Below are positions 1-9,248 of a DNA stretch of 64,000 bases, in pieces. The notes below the pieces were generated by a model that searched no databases, was not told the origin of the DNA, and worked only from the letters and a program-made list of their open reading frames with translations. The DNA is from Pseudomonadota bacterium (GTDB taxonomy: Bacteria; Pseudomonadota; Gammaproteobacteria; UBA9214), in assembly GCA_041395565.1 (NCBI GenBank), contig JAWLAI010000005.1:293364-357363 (forward strand), read 5' to 3'. Position 1 is the first letter of the stretch. Every line of letters starts with the position of its first letter. Made by a program: the position numbers and the translations under genes.

Positions 1-89
1 ATGGCCCATACCGCAGCGAGCAGCAGCATGGTCAGCACCTTCATTCTGGTACTAGCTCCAAACATTCTCATGTCAAACACCTTTTTCAT
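1..89 (-). CDS. Partial CDS (5' end only): probable PilJ-like methyl-accepting chemotaxis protein N-terminus
   Basis: Reverse-strand ATG at 89 reads MKKVFDMRMFGASTRMKVLTMLLLAAVWA (TM-like) and runs off the window. It lies directly downstream of pilG-pilH-pilI, where pilJ sits in Pseudomonas. Only 29 codons are visible. Confidence 0.4.
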   Translation of the reverse strand, partial: MKKVFDMRMFGASTRMKVLTMLLLAAVWA

Positions 90-158
90 GGTCCGTCTCC
101 TGACCGGTTAGTCCAGATAGCAAATATGCCCGATACCGTTTTCGTCGCAGTTCCGCCG

Positions 159-707
159 CTACACAGCGGTCTGCAGGAACTGCGGTGCCTCGGCCAGCGC
201 GAACAGGCTGAATATCGCCCAGATCTGATCGCCCCTGCGATATCCTCTCTGTATATAAGGTCGCAGGTAGTCATCTACACCCGCATCCTCCATGCAGTAT
301 TCATCTTCGGTGAAATGCTTGAGGCCAAGCACCTCATCCACGACCAGTCCCGAATACAGACCGTCGTGATCGATAACCAGCACCCGAGTACGGCCGGTAA
401 TTTCGGTCACACGGCCGTTCAGGTAGCCGTTCATGTCTATTACAGGCAGCAGGTTGCCGCGCACATTGGCAATGCCGCGTACCCACGGCTGGGTAAGAGG
501 TATAATCGATAACTCCGGGAGCTCCAGGATCTCGACGACCTCCCCCAGCTTCGACACCAGGTAGTTGTCGCCGAGTCGGTAGGCGATACCCGACCATACG
601 ATGGCGTTCTCGACCTGCCGCTCCATGCCTGCGGCGCTGGCACGGCACAGCTCCTCGATCTCCCTGAGCAGGGATGCCGGATCGACCGATACCTTGACTG
701 CATCCAT
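159..707 (-). CDS. pilI: CheW-like coupling protein of the Pil-Chp twitching chemosensory system
   Basis: CheW-domain sequence (ELPELSIIPLTQPWVRGIANVRGNLLPVIDMNGYL). I chose the internal ATG at 707 (MDAVKVSV...), which abuts the pilH stop at 710, rather than the ORF-track start at 803. Confidence 0.85.
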   Translation of the reverse strand: MDAVKVSVDPASLLREIEELCRASAAGMERQVENAIVWSGIAYRLGDNYLVSKLGEVVEILELPELSIIPLTQPWVRGIANVRGNLLPVIDMNGYLNGRVTEITGRTRVLVIDHDGLYSGLVVDEVLGLKHFTEDEYCMEDAGVDDYLRPYIQRGYRRGDQIWAIFSLFALAEAPQFLQTAV

Positions 708-709
708 GG

Positions 710-1075
710 TCAGGCAACCAGCGCCTGGTTGATCAGGCTCAGCAAGGTGTTTTCCTTGACCGGCTTGGTCAGATAGTCGCGGGCGCCCTGGCGCATCCCC
801 CACACCCGGTCGACCTGCTGGTCCTTGCGGGTCACGATGATGACCGGTATGCCCGAGGTTTCGGGATCAGAGGTAAGCTCACGGGTGGCCTGGAATCCGT
901 TGAGGCCGGGCATTACCACGTCCATAAGAATCAGGTCAGGCTTCTCGCGTCGCGCTACCTCGATACCCTCGTTAGCATCCGTGGCAAGCACCGTGCTGAA
1001 GCCGTTTTTCTCAAGCATCTTCTTGAGCACATGGGCATCAGTGGGTGAATCATCAATAATCATTATTCGGGTCAT
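710..1075 (-). CDS. pilH: Single-domain CheY-like response regulator
   Basis: 121 aa receiver domain (IMIIDDSPTD...DLILMDVVMPGLNGF...KP) in the pilG-pilH-pilI order. Confidence 0.9.
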   Translation of the reverse strand: MTRIMIIDDSPTDAHVLKKMLEKNGFSTVLATDANEGIEVARREKPDLILMDVVMPGLNGFQATRELTSDPETSGIPVIIVTRKDQQVDRVWGMRQGARDYLTKPVKENTLLSLINQALVA

Positions 1076-1117
1076 CGATATTGCCTCATGGAAAAATCAA
1101 CATGAACTGACTGGTTC

Positions 1118-1570
1118 CTAACCTGTCTTACCGCAATGCTGCTCAATGGCACCCAGCAGTTCTTCGCGTGTGAACGGCTTGGTTATGTAATGATCCGAAC
1201 CGACCACGCGTCCGCGCGCGCGATCGAACAGTCCGTCCTTGCTGGATAGCATCACCACCGGTGTATGGCGGAAAACCTTGTGGTGCTTGATCAGGGCACA
1301 GGTCTGGTAGCCATCCAGGCGCGGCATCATGATGTCGAGGAAAATCAGGTCGGGCTTGTGGTCGGCGACCATGCTGAGCGCCTCGAAACCGTCGGTGGCT
1401 ACGATCACCTCGAAGCCCTCTTTACGCAGCAGGGTTTCCGCAGTACGGCGGATGGTCTTGCTGTCGTCGATCACCATGATCTTGATACCGCGGGCACTCC
1501 CCGCGCCAGGCGCGGCCGAAGGGTCGGTCGCACCGGTTTCGAGCATTTCATCTGCCGGTATGCTACTCAT
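1118..1570 (-). CDS. pilG: CheY-like response regulator with short N-terminal extension
   Basis: Receiver domain (KIMVIDDSKTIRR...DLIFLDIMMPRLDGY...ITKPF). It is divergent from gshB, as in Pseudomonas. Confidence 0.9.
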   Translation of the reverse strand: MSSIPADEMLETGATDPSAAPGAGSARGIKIMVIDDSKTIRRTAETLLRKEGFEVIVATDGFEALSMVADHKPDLIFLDIMMPRLDGYQTCALIKHHKVFRHTPVVMLSSKDGLFDRARGRVVGSDHYITKPFTREELLGAIEQHCGKTG

Positions 1571-1796
1571 GCATGATGACCTCTATCTGTATGTTTCATA
1601 TGACGTTTGTTTGATACCCGGCAATCTCGCCGTACCCCATGCCGGCGTTTCCGGCGGGCCAACTGCTCCCGGTACCGCGATTTAATTTAGTATTGGCCTT
1701 CGGATACAACGGTTTATCGTCAAGGTACTGGCAAACTTTACGCAGCCGCCAGGCACGTCCGGCAGGGTGCTGCAAGCGTTAGAAAACAGGACATTT

Positions 1797-2753
1797 ATGG
1801 CCATAAAACTCGGCGTAGTCATGGATCCGATCGGGACCATCAGCTACAAGAAGGACAGTACGCTGGCAATGCTGCAGGCGGCGCAGCGGCGCGGCTGGGA
1901 GCTCCATTACATGGAGCAGGACGACCTGTTTCTGGAGGACAGCCAGTGTCATGCACGCATGACCCGGCTCGAGGTACATGCCGATCCGCGGAACTGGTTC
2001 ACGCTGGGACCGCCCCGCACCGGCCCCGTCGCAGAGCTGGACGTGGTGCTGATGCGCAAGGACCCCCCGCTCGACATGGAATACCTGTACACCACCTACC
2101 TGCTGGAGCGTGCCGAGGCGGATGGCGTACTCCTGGTCAATCGACCGGGTGCCATTCGCGACGCGAATGAAAAGCTGTTCACCGCATGGTTCCCGCAGTG
2201 CTGCGCCCCCATGCGGGTCAGCAGGCGGCAACGGGTACTGGAGGAATTCCTGCACCGGCACGAAGACATCATCGTCAAGCCGCTGAACGCCATGGGTGGC
2301 AGCATGGTCTTCCGGGTACGCAGCAGCGACCCCAACCGCGGCGTCATCCTGGAAACCATCACCGACAACGGTCGCCGCACCGCGATGGCGCAGCGTTTCA
2401 TACCCGAGATCGTTGCCGGCGACAAACGCATCCTGCTCATCGACGGAGAACCCTTCCCGCACGCACTGGCACGCATTCCAGCAGCCGGCGAGACCCGCGG
2501 AAACCTTGCAGCCGGTGCGACCGGCGTGGGAATCGACCTGAGCGAACGTGACCGCTGGATCTGCAGCCAGGTGGGACCGAACCTGCGCGAGCGTGGCCTG
2601 CTGTTCGTCGGTCTCGACGTCATCGGCGATTACCTGACGGAGATCAACGTCACCAGCCCGACCTGCATCCGCGAGCTCGATGCGCAATACGGCAGCAATA
2701 TCGCGGACCAGTTGCTGGATGCCATCGCACAGCGACTGGGACATGCAGCATGA
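1797..2753 (+). CDS. gshB: Glutathione synthetase (ATP-grasp)
   Basis: MAIKLGVVMDPI... with C-terminal LTEINVTSPTCIRE. ATG at 1797 is preceded by AGGA. The upstream ORF-track start at 1767 was rejected. Confidence 0.95.
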   Translation: MAIKLGVVMDPIGTISYKKDSTLAMLQAAQRRGWELHYMEQDDLFLEDSQCHARMTRLEVHADPRNWFTLGPPRTGPVAELDVVLMRKDPPLDMEYLYTTYLLERAEADGVLLVNRPGAIRDANEKLFTAWFPQCCAPMRVSRRQRVLEEFLHRHEDIIVKPLNAMGGSMVFRVRSSDPNRGVILETITDNGRRTAMAQRFIPEIVAGDKRILLIDGEPFPHALARIPAAGETRGNLAAGATGVGIDLSERDRWICSQVGPNLRERGLLFVGLDVIGDYLTEINVTSPTCIRELDAQYGSNIADQLLDAIAQRLGHAA

Positions 2754-3781
2754 TTAGACTGGCGGCCATCCTGCTGCTGTCGCTGCTGGCTGCGTGCGAC
2801 AGTACGGAGGAAACCATATATCACGACCAGTTCATCGCATTCGGCACGCTGATCGAGCTATCGATATCAGGGATCAGCACCGAACGCGGTGCCCGCGTTG
2901 CCGGCGAGATTGAACGGCAGTTCCAGCGCTGGCACCGGGACTGGCATGCCTGGGAGCCGGGACTGCTGACGCAGACCAACGCCCAACTGGCAACCCTGCA
3001 GCCATTCACCCTCGACCCGGCGCTGCGCCCCCTGGTGACGGAGGCGAACCGCCTGTCGCGCCTCAGCGATGGCCTGTTCAACCCCGTGCTCGGCAAGCTC
3101 ATTGCTATTTGGGGTTTCCAGGGCAATCCTCTGCCCGCCGGGGTACAACCCGATCCTGCGGCCATCAAGCACTGGCTGGCGAACGCGCCGACGGTCGAAG
3201 ACATCGACATCGAAGGATCGCGCATCGTCAGTCACAACCCCCAGGCTGCATATGACCTGGGCGGCTTTGCCAAGGGCTATGCCGTCGATCGCGTGATCGA
3301 ACTGCTGCGGGGTCAGGGCATCGAGAATGCCATCATCAATGCGGGCGGCGACTTGCGCGCGATCGGCACGCATGGCAACCGGCCCTGGCGCATCGGCATC
3401 CGCCATCCGCGGCGGGAGGGAATACTGGCCAGCATCGACAGCAGCGGCGATACCAGCATCTTCACCTCGGGCGATTACGAACGGTTGTTCGAGGTAGACG
3501 GTCAGCGCTTTCACCATATCCTCGACCCCCGCACCGGCTATCCCGCACGCGGGACCAGCGCGGTCACTGTCGTCTACAGCAGCGGCGCTGTCGCCGATGC
3601 CGCGGCCACGGCACTGTTCGTGGCCGGACCGCATGACTGGCTGAGGATCGCACGGCAGATGGGCATTGACCGCGCCATGCTGGTCGACAGCGACGGCGCC
3701 ATACACATGACACCGGCCATGCAGGCGATTACCCGGCTCGCGCCGGATGTCGATGCCGAGGTATTGATCAGCGGCGAATAA
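2750..3781 (+). CDS. apbE: FAD:protein FMN transferase (ApbE family) lipoprotein
   Basis: Lipobox LLAAC at the N-terminus and an ApbE motif GGFAKGYAVDR. ATGA overlap with the gshB stop. Confidence 0.9.
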   Translation: MIRLAAILLLSLLAACDSTEETIYHDQFIAFGTLIELSISGISTERGARVAGEIERQFQRWHRDWHAWEPGLLTQTNAQLATLQPFTLDPALRPLVTEANRLSRLSDGLFNPVLGKLIAIWGFQGNPLPAGVQPDPAAIKHWLANAPTVEDIDIEGSRIVSHNPQAAYDLGGFAKGYAVDRVIELLRGQGIENAIINAGGDLRAIGTHGNRPWRIGIRHPRREGILASIDSSGDTSIFTSGDYERLFEVDGQRFHHILDPRTGYPARGTSAVTVVYSSGAVADAAATALFVAGPHDWLRIARQMGIDRAMLVDSDGAIHMTPAMQAITRLAPDVDAEVLISGE

Positions 3782-3841
3782 GGATAACCGGTGCCGGCCC
3801 GCATGCCCTCCGCTGCACGGGCCGCCATCGCGGGAGGCGCG

Positions 3842-4768
3842 ATGCACAAAGCGAATATCAAGGAATCAAAGCCCAGGATCGGCCTGGCACTCGGCAGCGG
3901 ATCATCGCGCGGCTGGTCACACATCGGCATTATCGATGCATTGGCCGGTCTCGATGTCGCACCCGATATCGTTTGCGGCACATCCATAGGCGCCCTGGTC
4001 GGCGCGTCCTACCTCGCCGGCAACCTGTCCAGATTGGACGCATGGGTTCGCTCGCTCACCCGCATCGAAACCGCCAAGTTTCTCGAGATCAGCCCCGGCT
4101 TCAATGGCTTTGTCAACACCAAGCGGCTGCACGGATTCCTGAATGAGCACGTAGCCAGGGACGATGCCATGATTGAAGACTTCCACAAGCAGTACGCGGC
4201 CGTTTCGACGGATCTGGCATCGGGCAGAGAGGTCTGGTTCACCCGCGGTCCGCTCATCGAAGCCGTATGGGCGTCGATATCACTGCCCGGCCTGTTCCCC
4301 GCCATCAACAACGGCGGCAGGTGGCTGGTTGACGGCGGCCTGGTCAACCCGGTGCCGGTTTCGGTCTGCAGGGCGCTGGGGGCTGAGATCGTCATTGCGG
4401 TCAACCTCAACGGCGGTATAGCGGGAAAACACTTCGAACATGCCAGGAAGCAGACAGGCCAGAAGAACAAGGTCACCGACATGGTTTCCGATCTGGTCAG
4501 GGAATATACCGGCAATCTGTTCAACTCCGACAAGGAGGACGAACAGCCGCCGGGTCTGTTCGATGCCATCGCCGGCTCCGTGAACATCGCCCAGGACCGC
4601 ATCACCCGCAGCCGCATGGCCGGAGATCCACCCGATATCGTGCTGTCTCCGCGGCTGGCCCACATCGGCCTGCTCGAATTCCATCGCGCCGGCGAAACCA
4701 TCGAGGAAGGTCAGAACTGCGTCAGACGGATGGAATCGGAGATACGCCATCTGCTCGAGATGACATGA
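3842..4768 (+). CDS. Patatin-like phospholipase (RssA-type)
   Basis: GxGxxG oxyanion motif (GSGSSRG), GxSxG (GTSIG) and catalytic DGG (VDGGLVNPVP). ATG at 3842 follows GGGAGG. A GTG at 3791 is the alternative start. Confidence 0.85.
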   Translation: MHKANIKESKPRIGLALGSGSSRGWSHIGIIDALAGLDVAPDIVCGTSIGALVGASYLAGNLSRLDAWVRSLTRIETAKFLEISPGFNGFVNTKRLHGFLNEHVARDDAMIEDFHKQYAAVSTDLASGREVWFTRGPLIEAVWASISLPGLFPAINNGGRWLVDGGLVNPVPVSVCRALGAEIVIAVNLNGGIAGKHFEHARKQTGQKNKVTDMVSDLVREYTGNLFNSDKEDEQPPGLFDAIAGSVNIAQDRITRSRMAGDPPDIVLSPRLAHIGLLEFHRAGETIEEGQNCVRRMESEIRHLLEMT

Positions 4769-4789
4769 ATTCCGACACCCCGAATGCAA

Positions 4790-4813
4790 GCGGGGGCGCG
4801 ACTGCGCCCCCGC
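4790..4813. terminator. Perfect 10-bp GC hairpin between convergent genes (possible bidirectional terminator)
   Basis: GCGGGGGCGC-GACT-GCGCCCCCGC lies between the patatin stop (4768) and the rhodanese stop (4837). There is no clear U-tract. Confidence 0.5.
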
Positions 4814-4836
4814 AAGTCAGGTTCACGATGTCGGTG

Positions 4837-5583
4837 TCACTTGAGTGCGACCGACTTCTCTGCTTCCGGCACAACCACGGTCAGCCCGAGTATCCGCCAC
4901 ATCTGCATGCCGCCACGGTAGTAGTAAAGCTTCTCCGACGGGAACCCGTGCGCGAGCAGGGCCTTGATTGCCCGCGGTGACTGACCGCACCAGGGCCCAT
5001 TGCACCACAATACGAGGTCCTTCGCATTGGAGAAATCCCAGGTATCCGACTTGGCATTCGCACCGAACAGACCGAAGGGCGCCATCGCCCGCTCGAACCT
5101 GCGTGTCATGGCACCGACTTCTCCACGCCGCACGCCGCCTACCCGTTCCAGGGCAGCAACCGTTTCCGCATCGCCGTCATCGCCTTCGAATACCGTGAAC
5201 GGAATATTGATCGAGCCTGGTATCGTACCTTTCTCGTGCCAGGAGGGAGTACGCGCATCAATGAGCAAACCGGTGCCCGTCGGCAGCTGGCGTTCCATGA
5301 AACGGAATATCTCTGCCTCGCCGACGGTGGTAACGCCCGGCGCAACCTTCATCGGCTGGATGCAGAACGGGGGACACTTGCGCGAGGTCTTGGCAAAGCC
5401 GTCGTTGAGCATGTTCTCCTGGTCCTGGATACGCTCGATTCGTACCGACTTGCCCTCGTGCTTGACTTCCAGATACGGCAGGTAATCGGTCAGCATGACA
5501 TCGACTGCCTGCACAACCCCTGGCAGCAGGACTGCCGCCGAGAGGAGCGCGGTTGCAAACACACCGGCCATTCGCTTCATCAT
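4837..5583 (-). CDS. Secreted rhodanese-domain sulfurtransferase with an N-terminal extra domain
   Basis: Signal-like MMKRMAGVFATALLSAAVLLPGVVQA. Rhodanese core (LLIDARTPSWHEKGTIPGSINIP) and active-site loop LWCNGPWCGQS. The start at 5583 follows GAGGGA. Confidence 0.8.
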   Translation of the reverse strand: MMKRMAGVFATALLSAAVLLPGVVQAVDVMLTDYLPYLEVKHEGKSVRIERIQDQENMLNDGFAKTSRKCPPFCIQPMKVAPGVTTVGEAEIFRFMERQLPTGTGLLIDARTPSWHEKGTIPGSINIPFTVFEGDDGDAETVAALERVGGVRRGEVGAMTRRFERAMAPFGLFGANAKSDTWDFSNAKDLVLWCNGPWCGQSPRAIKALLAHGFPSEKLYYYRGGMQMWRILGLTVVVPEAEKSVALK

Positions 5584-5626
5584 TGTCACCATCCCTCTGT
5601 TCATGTCCCGACCCGGACTGCCACCA

Positions 5627-6022
5627 TCAGCGGGTGGATAGCAGCCTGACGATCTGTTCGCGCACATTCGCGGTCCGGTTGTCATCCTGGTAAGCCCGGT
5701 ATACGGTCTTGCGCTGTTCACCATTCAACTTGTCATACAGGAACCAGGTACCGGAGAAATTGGCATTGAGCTCACGCTCGAACTCCTCGAATCCCATGGC
5801 CGGCCTGATAGTCTGGTTGTCCTGGACGCTCCTGACCTTTTTGACACTGCGCGCGGCGGGAACCGCGACATTGGTCGAGTCCGTTTGTCCGCCGGTGTCG
5901 TTCGCCTCGGCCTCCAGAATGCTGAGATAATCGTCGGCCGCTCCGGCCGGCACCGCCAGAGACAGCATCATGCCGGCCAGGCAGGCCAGACCTCGTTTGC
6001 CAATTCCACTCACTATCAGCAT
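5627..6022 (-). CDS. Hypothetical small secreted protein
   Basis: 131 aa with an N-terminal signal-like segment (GLACLAGMMLSLAVPAGA). I recognise no motif. GC3-rich codons. Confidence 0.55.
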   Translation of the reverse strand: MLIVSGIGKRGLACLAGMMLSLAVPAGAADDYLSILEAEANDTGGQTDSTNVAVPAARSVKKVRSVQDNQTIRPAMGFEEFERELNANFSGTWFLYDKLNGEQRKTVYRAYQDDNRTANVREQIVRLLSTR

Positions 6023-6249
6023 CCCGACCTGCCGGTACAGATCCGGCCGATTTCCGCTTCCCGGCGCGCAGCGGCAGCGTCCGGTGCATGTAGAAATATT
6101 GCGTTCTGTGTCGGACTGTTATCGACCACCCAACCCCGTTCTTTACCTGCCGATGCGGTCAAAACCGACGCCGGAAACGGCCCTGGACTGCAGCACGAAA
6201 CAGCCCCGGGGACTAGGCTGGATTGCGCTTGGAAGGGGGTAGCGACGCG

Positions 6250-6684
6250 ATGACAACAGCACATATAATCATCATTAAATCCGCGTGTTATGGTTGCATG
6301 TCGATCTGCGCGGCCCTGTTGGCACTCGGTTGCATGCCGGCCGCGGCAGAAACGATACACCGCTGGACGGATGCCGGTGGCGTCACCCATTACAGCGACA
6401 GGCCACCCGACCGGCACGCAGCCGATCACAGCACGCTGCACGCGGCGCCTGCCCCGGAGTCGACAGCGCTCGGGCTGCGCCCGGAAGAACGGGCAGCGCT
6501 GCAGCGCATTGATCGGCGGCGCATCCGGCAGCGACATGAGGCAGAGCGCGAGCGCGAGCGCAGTGACCGCGGCATCGCCCAACAGCGTCGCGCCTGCCGG
6601 GAGCATCGCGCCCGGCAGGACGGACGCGGTTACCATCCTGCACGCCGGGTCGATGCTATCTTCCTGCGCCGCAATTGCTGGTAA
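6250..6684 (+). CDS. DUF4124-like secreted protein with Arg/Glu-rich tail
   Basis: IHRWTDAGGVTHYSDRPP matches the DUF4124 signature as I recall it. The start is uncertain: ATG at 6250 or ATG at 6298 (MSICAALLALGC...). Confidence 0.65.
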   Translation: MTTAHIIIIKSACYGCMSICAALLALGCMPAAAETIHRWTDAGGVTHYSDRPPDRHAADHSTLHAAPAPESTALGLRPEERAALQRIDRRRIRQRHEAERERERSDRGIAQQRRACREHRARQDGRGYHPARRVDAIFLRRNCW

Positions 6685-6797
6685 CATGGGCGGACGACGC
6701 CACCGGCACCCGCCCGGAGCTACCGTGCCCGGGTCCGCACCGGCGGCAGCGCTGCAAGCGGTATAATGGTCCGCGCATCGAACCCACGAAAGTAGAC

Positions 6798-7652
6798 ATG
6801 ACGGACATCGACGCACCCCTCATTACCGAGTCGGCCGTAACCACTACGGACCGTTTCGCGCTCACCCTGTTCTTCGCGCTGGCGATTCACGCCATCATCA
6901 TCCTGGGCATCACCTTCGGCCTGCATGACGAACCTCCGCCGGCAAACATGCTTCCTACGCTTGATATCACCGTCTCCAACCGCAACACGCCGCCGCCCGA
7001 GGAAGCCGACTACCTGGCGCAGACCAGCCAGGACGGCGGTGGCAACGTCAGCGAAAAGATCAAGCCGGTACTGGCCGTGCCGGAACAGGCCCCCGCGGTC
7101 AGGCCGCAGCAACCGCAACAGTCCCCGACGCAGGTCGTGACCGCGCCCGCAGCCGACATCCAGGTGCACCAGGACAAAACCGACAGCCCCGCTGAGGAAA
7201 AGCCCGACCTCACTGCCACGGAGCTGATCGAACGCAGCATGGAAATGGTCAATCTCAGCGAACAGCTCAGCGAAACCATGCAGGCCTATGCCAAGCGGCC
7301 CAAGCAGATATTCGTCTCGGCACGGACCCAGGAGTTCAGATACGCGAATTACATGGCGGAATGGGTCAGTAAGGTCGAGCGGGTGGGAAACCTGAACTAC
7401 CCCGATGAAGCACGCCGGACCGGGATCTCCGGCAAGCTTATGCTGGACGTGGCACTCAATGCCGATGGAACCGTGCGCGATATCAGGATCCTGCGTCCAT
7501 CCGGCTATGCCGTAATCGACGAGGCGGCCATCCGGATCGTAAACCTCGCCGCACCGTTCGCGCCGTTCCCGCCGGAGATCCGCAAAAACGCCGATATCCT
7601 GCATATCACACGAACCTGGGAGTTCTCGACCGACCGCCTGCAGAGTCACTGA
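6798..7652 (+). CDS. tonB: TonB-family energy transducer
   Basis: N-terminal TM segment, Pro/Gln-rich linker and TonB C-terminal domain (YPDEARRTGISGKLMLDVALNADGTVRDIRILRPSG). The position before yqgE mirrors tonB3 of P. aeruginosa. Confidence 0.85.
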   Translation: MTDIDAPLITESAVTTTDRFALTLFFALAIHAIIILGITFGLHDEPPPANMLPTLDITVSNRNTPPPEEADYLAQTSQDGGGNVSEKIKPVLAVPEQAPAVRPQQPQQSPTQVVTAPAADIQVHQDKTDSPAEEKPDLTATELIERSMEMVNLSEQLSETMQAYAKRPKQIFVSARTQEFRYANYMAEWVSKVERVGNLNYPDEARRTGISGKLMLDVALNADGTVRDIRILRPSGYAVIDEAAIRIVNLAAPFAPFPPEIRKNADILHITRTWEFSTDRLQSH

Positions 7653-7724
7653 GACCGGGCGCTGATCCCGGCGCCCGGCAGCCAAGGCTTGAAGGCGACC
7701 GGTACTCTGCCCGATACTATATAC

Positions 7725-8288
7725 ATGACTTATCCAGGCTCATTGAGTAATCACTTCCTGATCGCCATGCCGACGCTGGAAGACCCGAATTTCCATCACA
7801 CCACGACCTATATCTGCGAACACGACGAGAACGGCGCACTGGGCGTGGTCATCAACCGCCCGCTGGACATCCAGCTGGGCGAGATTCTCCTGCACATGGA
7901 TATCCACACCGATGACATCGGTGTCGCATCGCAACCGGTGTACATGGGCGGCCCGGTGCAGAGCGATCGCGGTTTCGTGCTGCATCAGCCACCTGGCGAC
8001 TGGGAGGCAACCCTCAAGGTCACGGACGAAGTCGGCATCACCTCTTCACGCGACATCCTCGCCGCCATCGCCGCGGGCAAGGGGCCGCACAACGCCCTCG
8101 TGACCCTCGGCTACGCCGGCTGGGGCGCCGGCCAGCTGGAACAGGAGCTGGCTGCCAATACCTGGCTGAGCGGGCCTGCCAGCATGGACATCGTCTTCCG
8201 CACGCCACCCGAACGCCGCTGGCTGGCGGCCGCCGCGCTGATCGGCGTCGATCTGCACCTGCTGAGCAGCGAACCGGGACATGCCTGA
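7725..8288 (+). CDS. yqgE: YqgE/AlgH family protein
   Basis: SLSNHFLIAMPTLEDPNFHHTTTYICEHDENGALGVVINRPL is the typical YqgE/AlgH N-terminus. Confidence 0.9.
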   Translation: MTYPGSLSNHFLIAMPTLEDPNFHHTTTYICEHDENGALGVVINRPLDIQLGEILLHMDIHTDDIGVASQPVYMGGPVQSDRGFVLHQPPGDWEATLKVTDEVGITSSRDILAAIAAGKGPHNALVTLGYAGWGAGQLEQELAANTWLSGPASMDIVFRTPPERRWLAAAALIGVDLHLLSSEPGHA

Positions 8289-8745
8289 GCCGTTGCGCAC
8301 GAGCAGCCATAACCAGCACCGCGGCGATCGGCTGAAATTGCAGACCCTGCTCGGATTCGACTACGGCCGCCGGCGCATCGGCATCGCGGTTGGCCAGGAG
8401 GTCACCCGGACCGCAACCGCGCTGTGCACCGTCCTGTCGAACAACGGCGCGCCGGACTGGGGACGCCTTGCCGAACTGATTGCCGAGTGGCAGCCGCAGG
8501 CGCTGGTCGTCGGGTTGCCCTATCACGCCGATGGCAGCGATTCCGAGATGACCAGGGCTGCGCGCAGTTTCGCGCGCCAGCTGGAACAGCGGTTCGAACT
8601 CCCTGTGCATACCATGGACGAGCGCCTCAGCTCGCGCAGCGCGGCCGCACTACAGCAGCGCAGCGCACCTGCCGCGGCGGCCGGCAAGGACGCCATCGCC
8701 GCCAGGATCATTCTGCAGGATTGGCTGGACACGGAGCAGGCATGA
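8281..8745 (+). CDS. ruvX: Holliday junction resolvase-like protein RuvX/YqgF
   Basis: LLGFDYGRRRIGIAVG motif. 8-nt overlap with yqgE. A later TTG start near 8337 is possible. Confidence 0.9.
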   Translation: MPEPLRTSSHNQHRGDRLKLQTLLGFDYGRRRIGIAVGQEVTRTATALCTVLSNNGAPDWGRLAELIAEWQPQALVVGLPYHADGSDSEMTRAARSFARQLEQRFELPVHTMDERLSSRSAAALQQRSAPAAAAGKDAIAARIILQDWLDTEQA

Positions 8746-9248
8746 CGGATTTCGACGACATACCCGCCATCCTCGACGAAATGGCGACAGCACTCAGGCA
8801 CCTGATCGAGCAAACCGGACGTGCCGATGTCGCGATAGTAGGCATACACACCGGGGGAGTATGGGTCGCCAATCAGCTGCAGCAACGGCTTGGCCTCACC
8901 GGCACACCAGGCAGCCTCGACATCTCGTTCTACCGCGACGATTTCACGCGTATCGGCATGAACCCGGTGGTTAAACCATCGCAGTTGCCGTTCAGCATCG
9001 ACGACCGTCACATCATCCTGGTCGATGACGTCCTGCACACCGGACGCACGATCCGTGCCGCACTCAACGAGTTGTTCGACTACGGCCGACCGGCATCCAT
9101 CATACTGGCAACCCTGATCGATCGGGGTGGCCGCGAACTGCCCATTGCCGCGGATGTCGTCGGCCGCCGCGTTACACTCCAGCCCGGCGAGCAAATCAAG
9201 CTGACCGGGCCAGCGCCGCTGCAGCTGGTAATCAGACGCAGCGCATGA
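8742..9248 (+). CDS. pyrR: Bifunctional pyrimidine regulator / uracil phosphoribosyltransferase
   Basis: PRPP-binding motif [22 protein letters not shown] overlap with the ruvX stop. The long N-terminal extension in the ORF track (from 8424) was rejected. Confidence 0.9.
   Translation: MTDFDDIPAILDEMATALRHLIEQTGRADVAIVGIHTGGVWVANQLQQRLGLTGTPGSLDISFYRDDFTRIGMNPVVKPSQLPFSIDDRHIILVDDVLHTGRTIRAALNELFDYGRPASIILATLIDRGGRELPIAADVVGRRVTLQPGEQIKLTGPAPLQLVIRRSA

Noticed and set aside
1727-1742. Sigma-54-like TGGCA-N-CGCA (GG-N10-GC) upstream of gshB
   Set aside because: - Only the GG/GC spacing fits, and the -12 element is poor (ACGCA versus TTGCA).
- No enhancer-binding protein context is present.
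- gshB is not a known RpoN target.
3842-4768. Patatin-like phospholipase as a possible CBASS/defence effector
   Set aside because: No cyclic-nucleotide synthase, sensor or other defence gene is adjacent. The neighbours are apbE and a rhodanese. The sequence looks like the housekeeping RssA type.
8424-8741. N-terminal extensions offered by the ORF track for pyrR (from 8424), gmk (to 54478), ubiA (to 47312), yicC (to 55062), the cytochrome c lipoprotein (to 31041), GFA (to 31304) and the nuclease (from 60992)
   Set aside because: - The extensions overlap the neighbouring genes in another frame and are Arg/Pro-rich nonsense.
- Internal ATGs coincide with the conserved family N-termini and often with ATGA or ATGnnTGA stop-start coupling.
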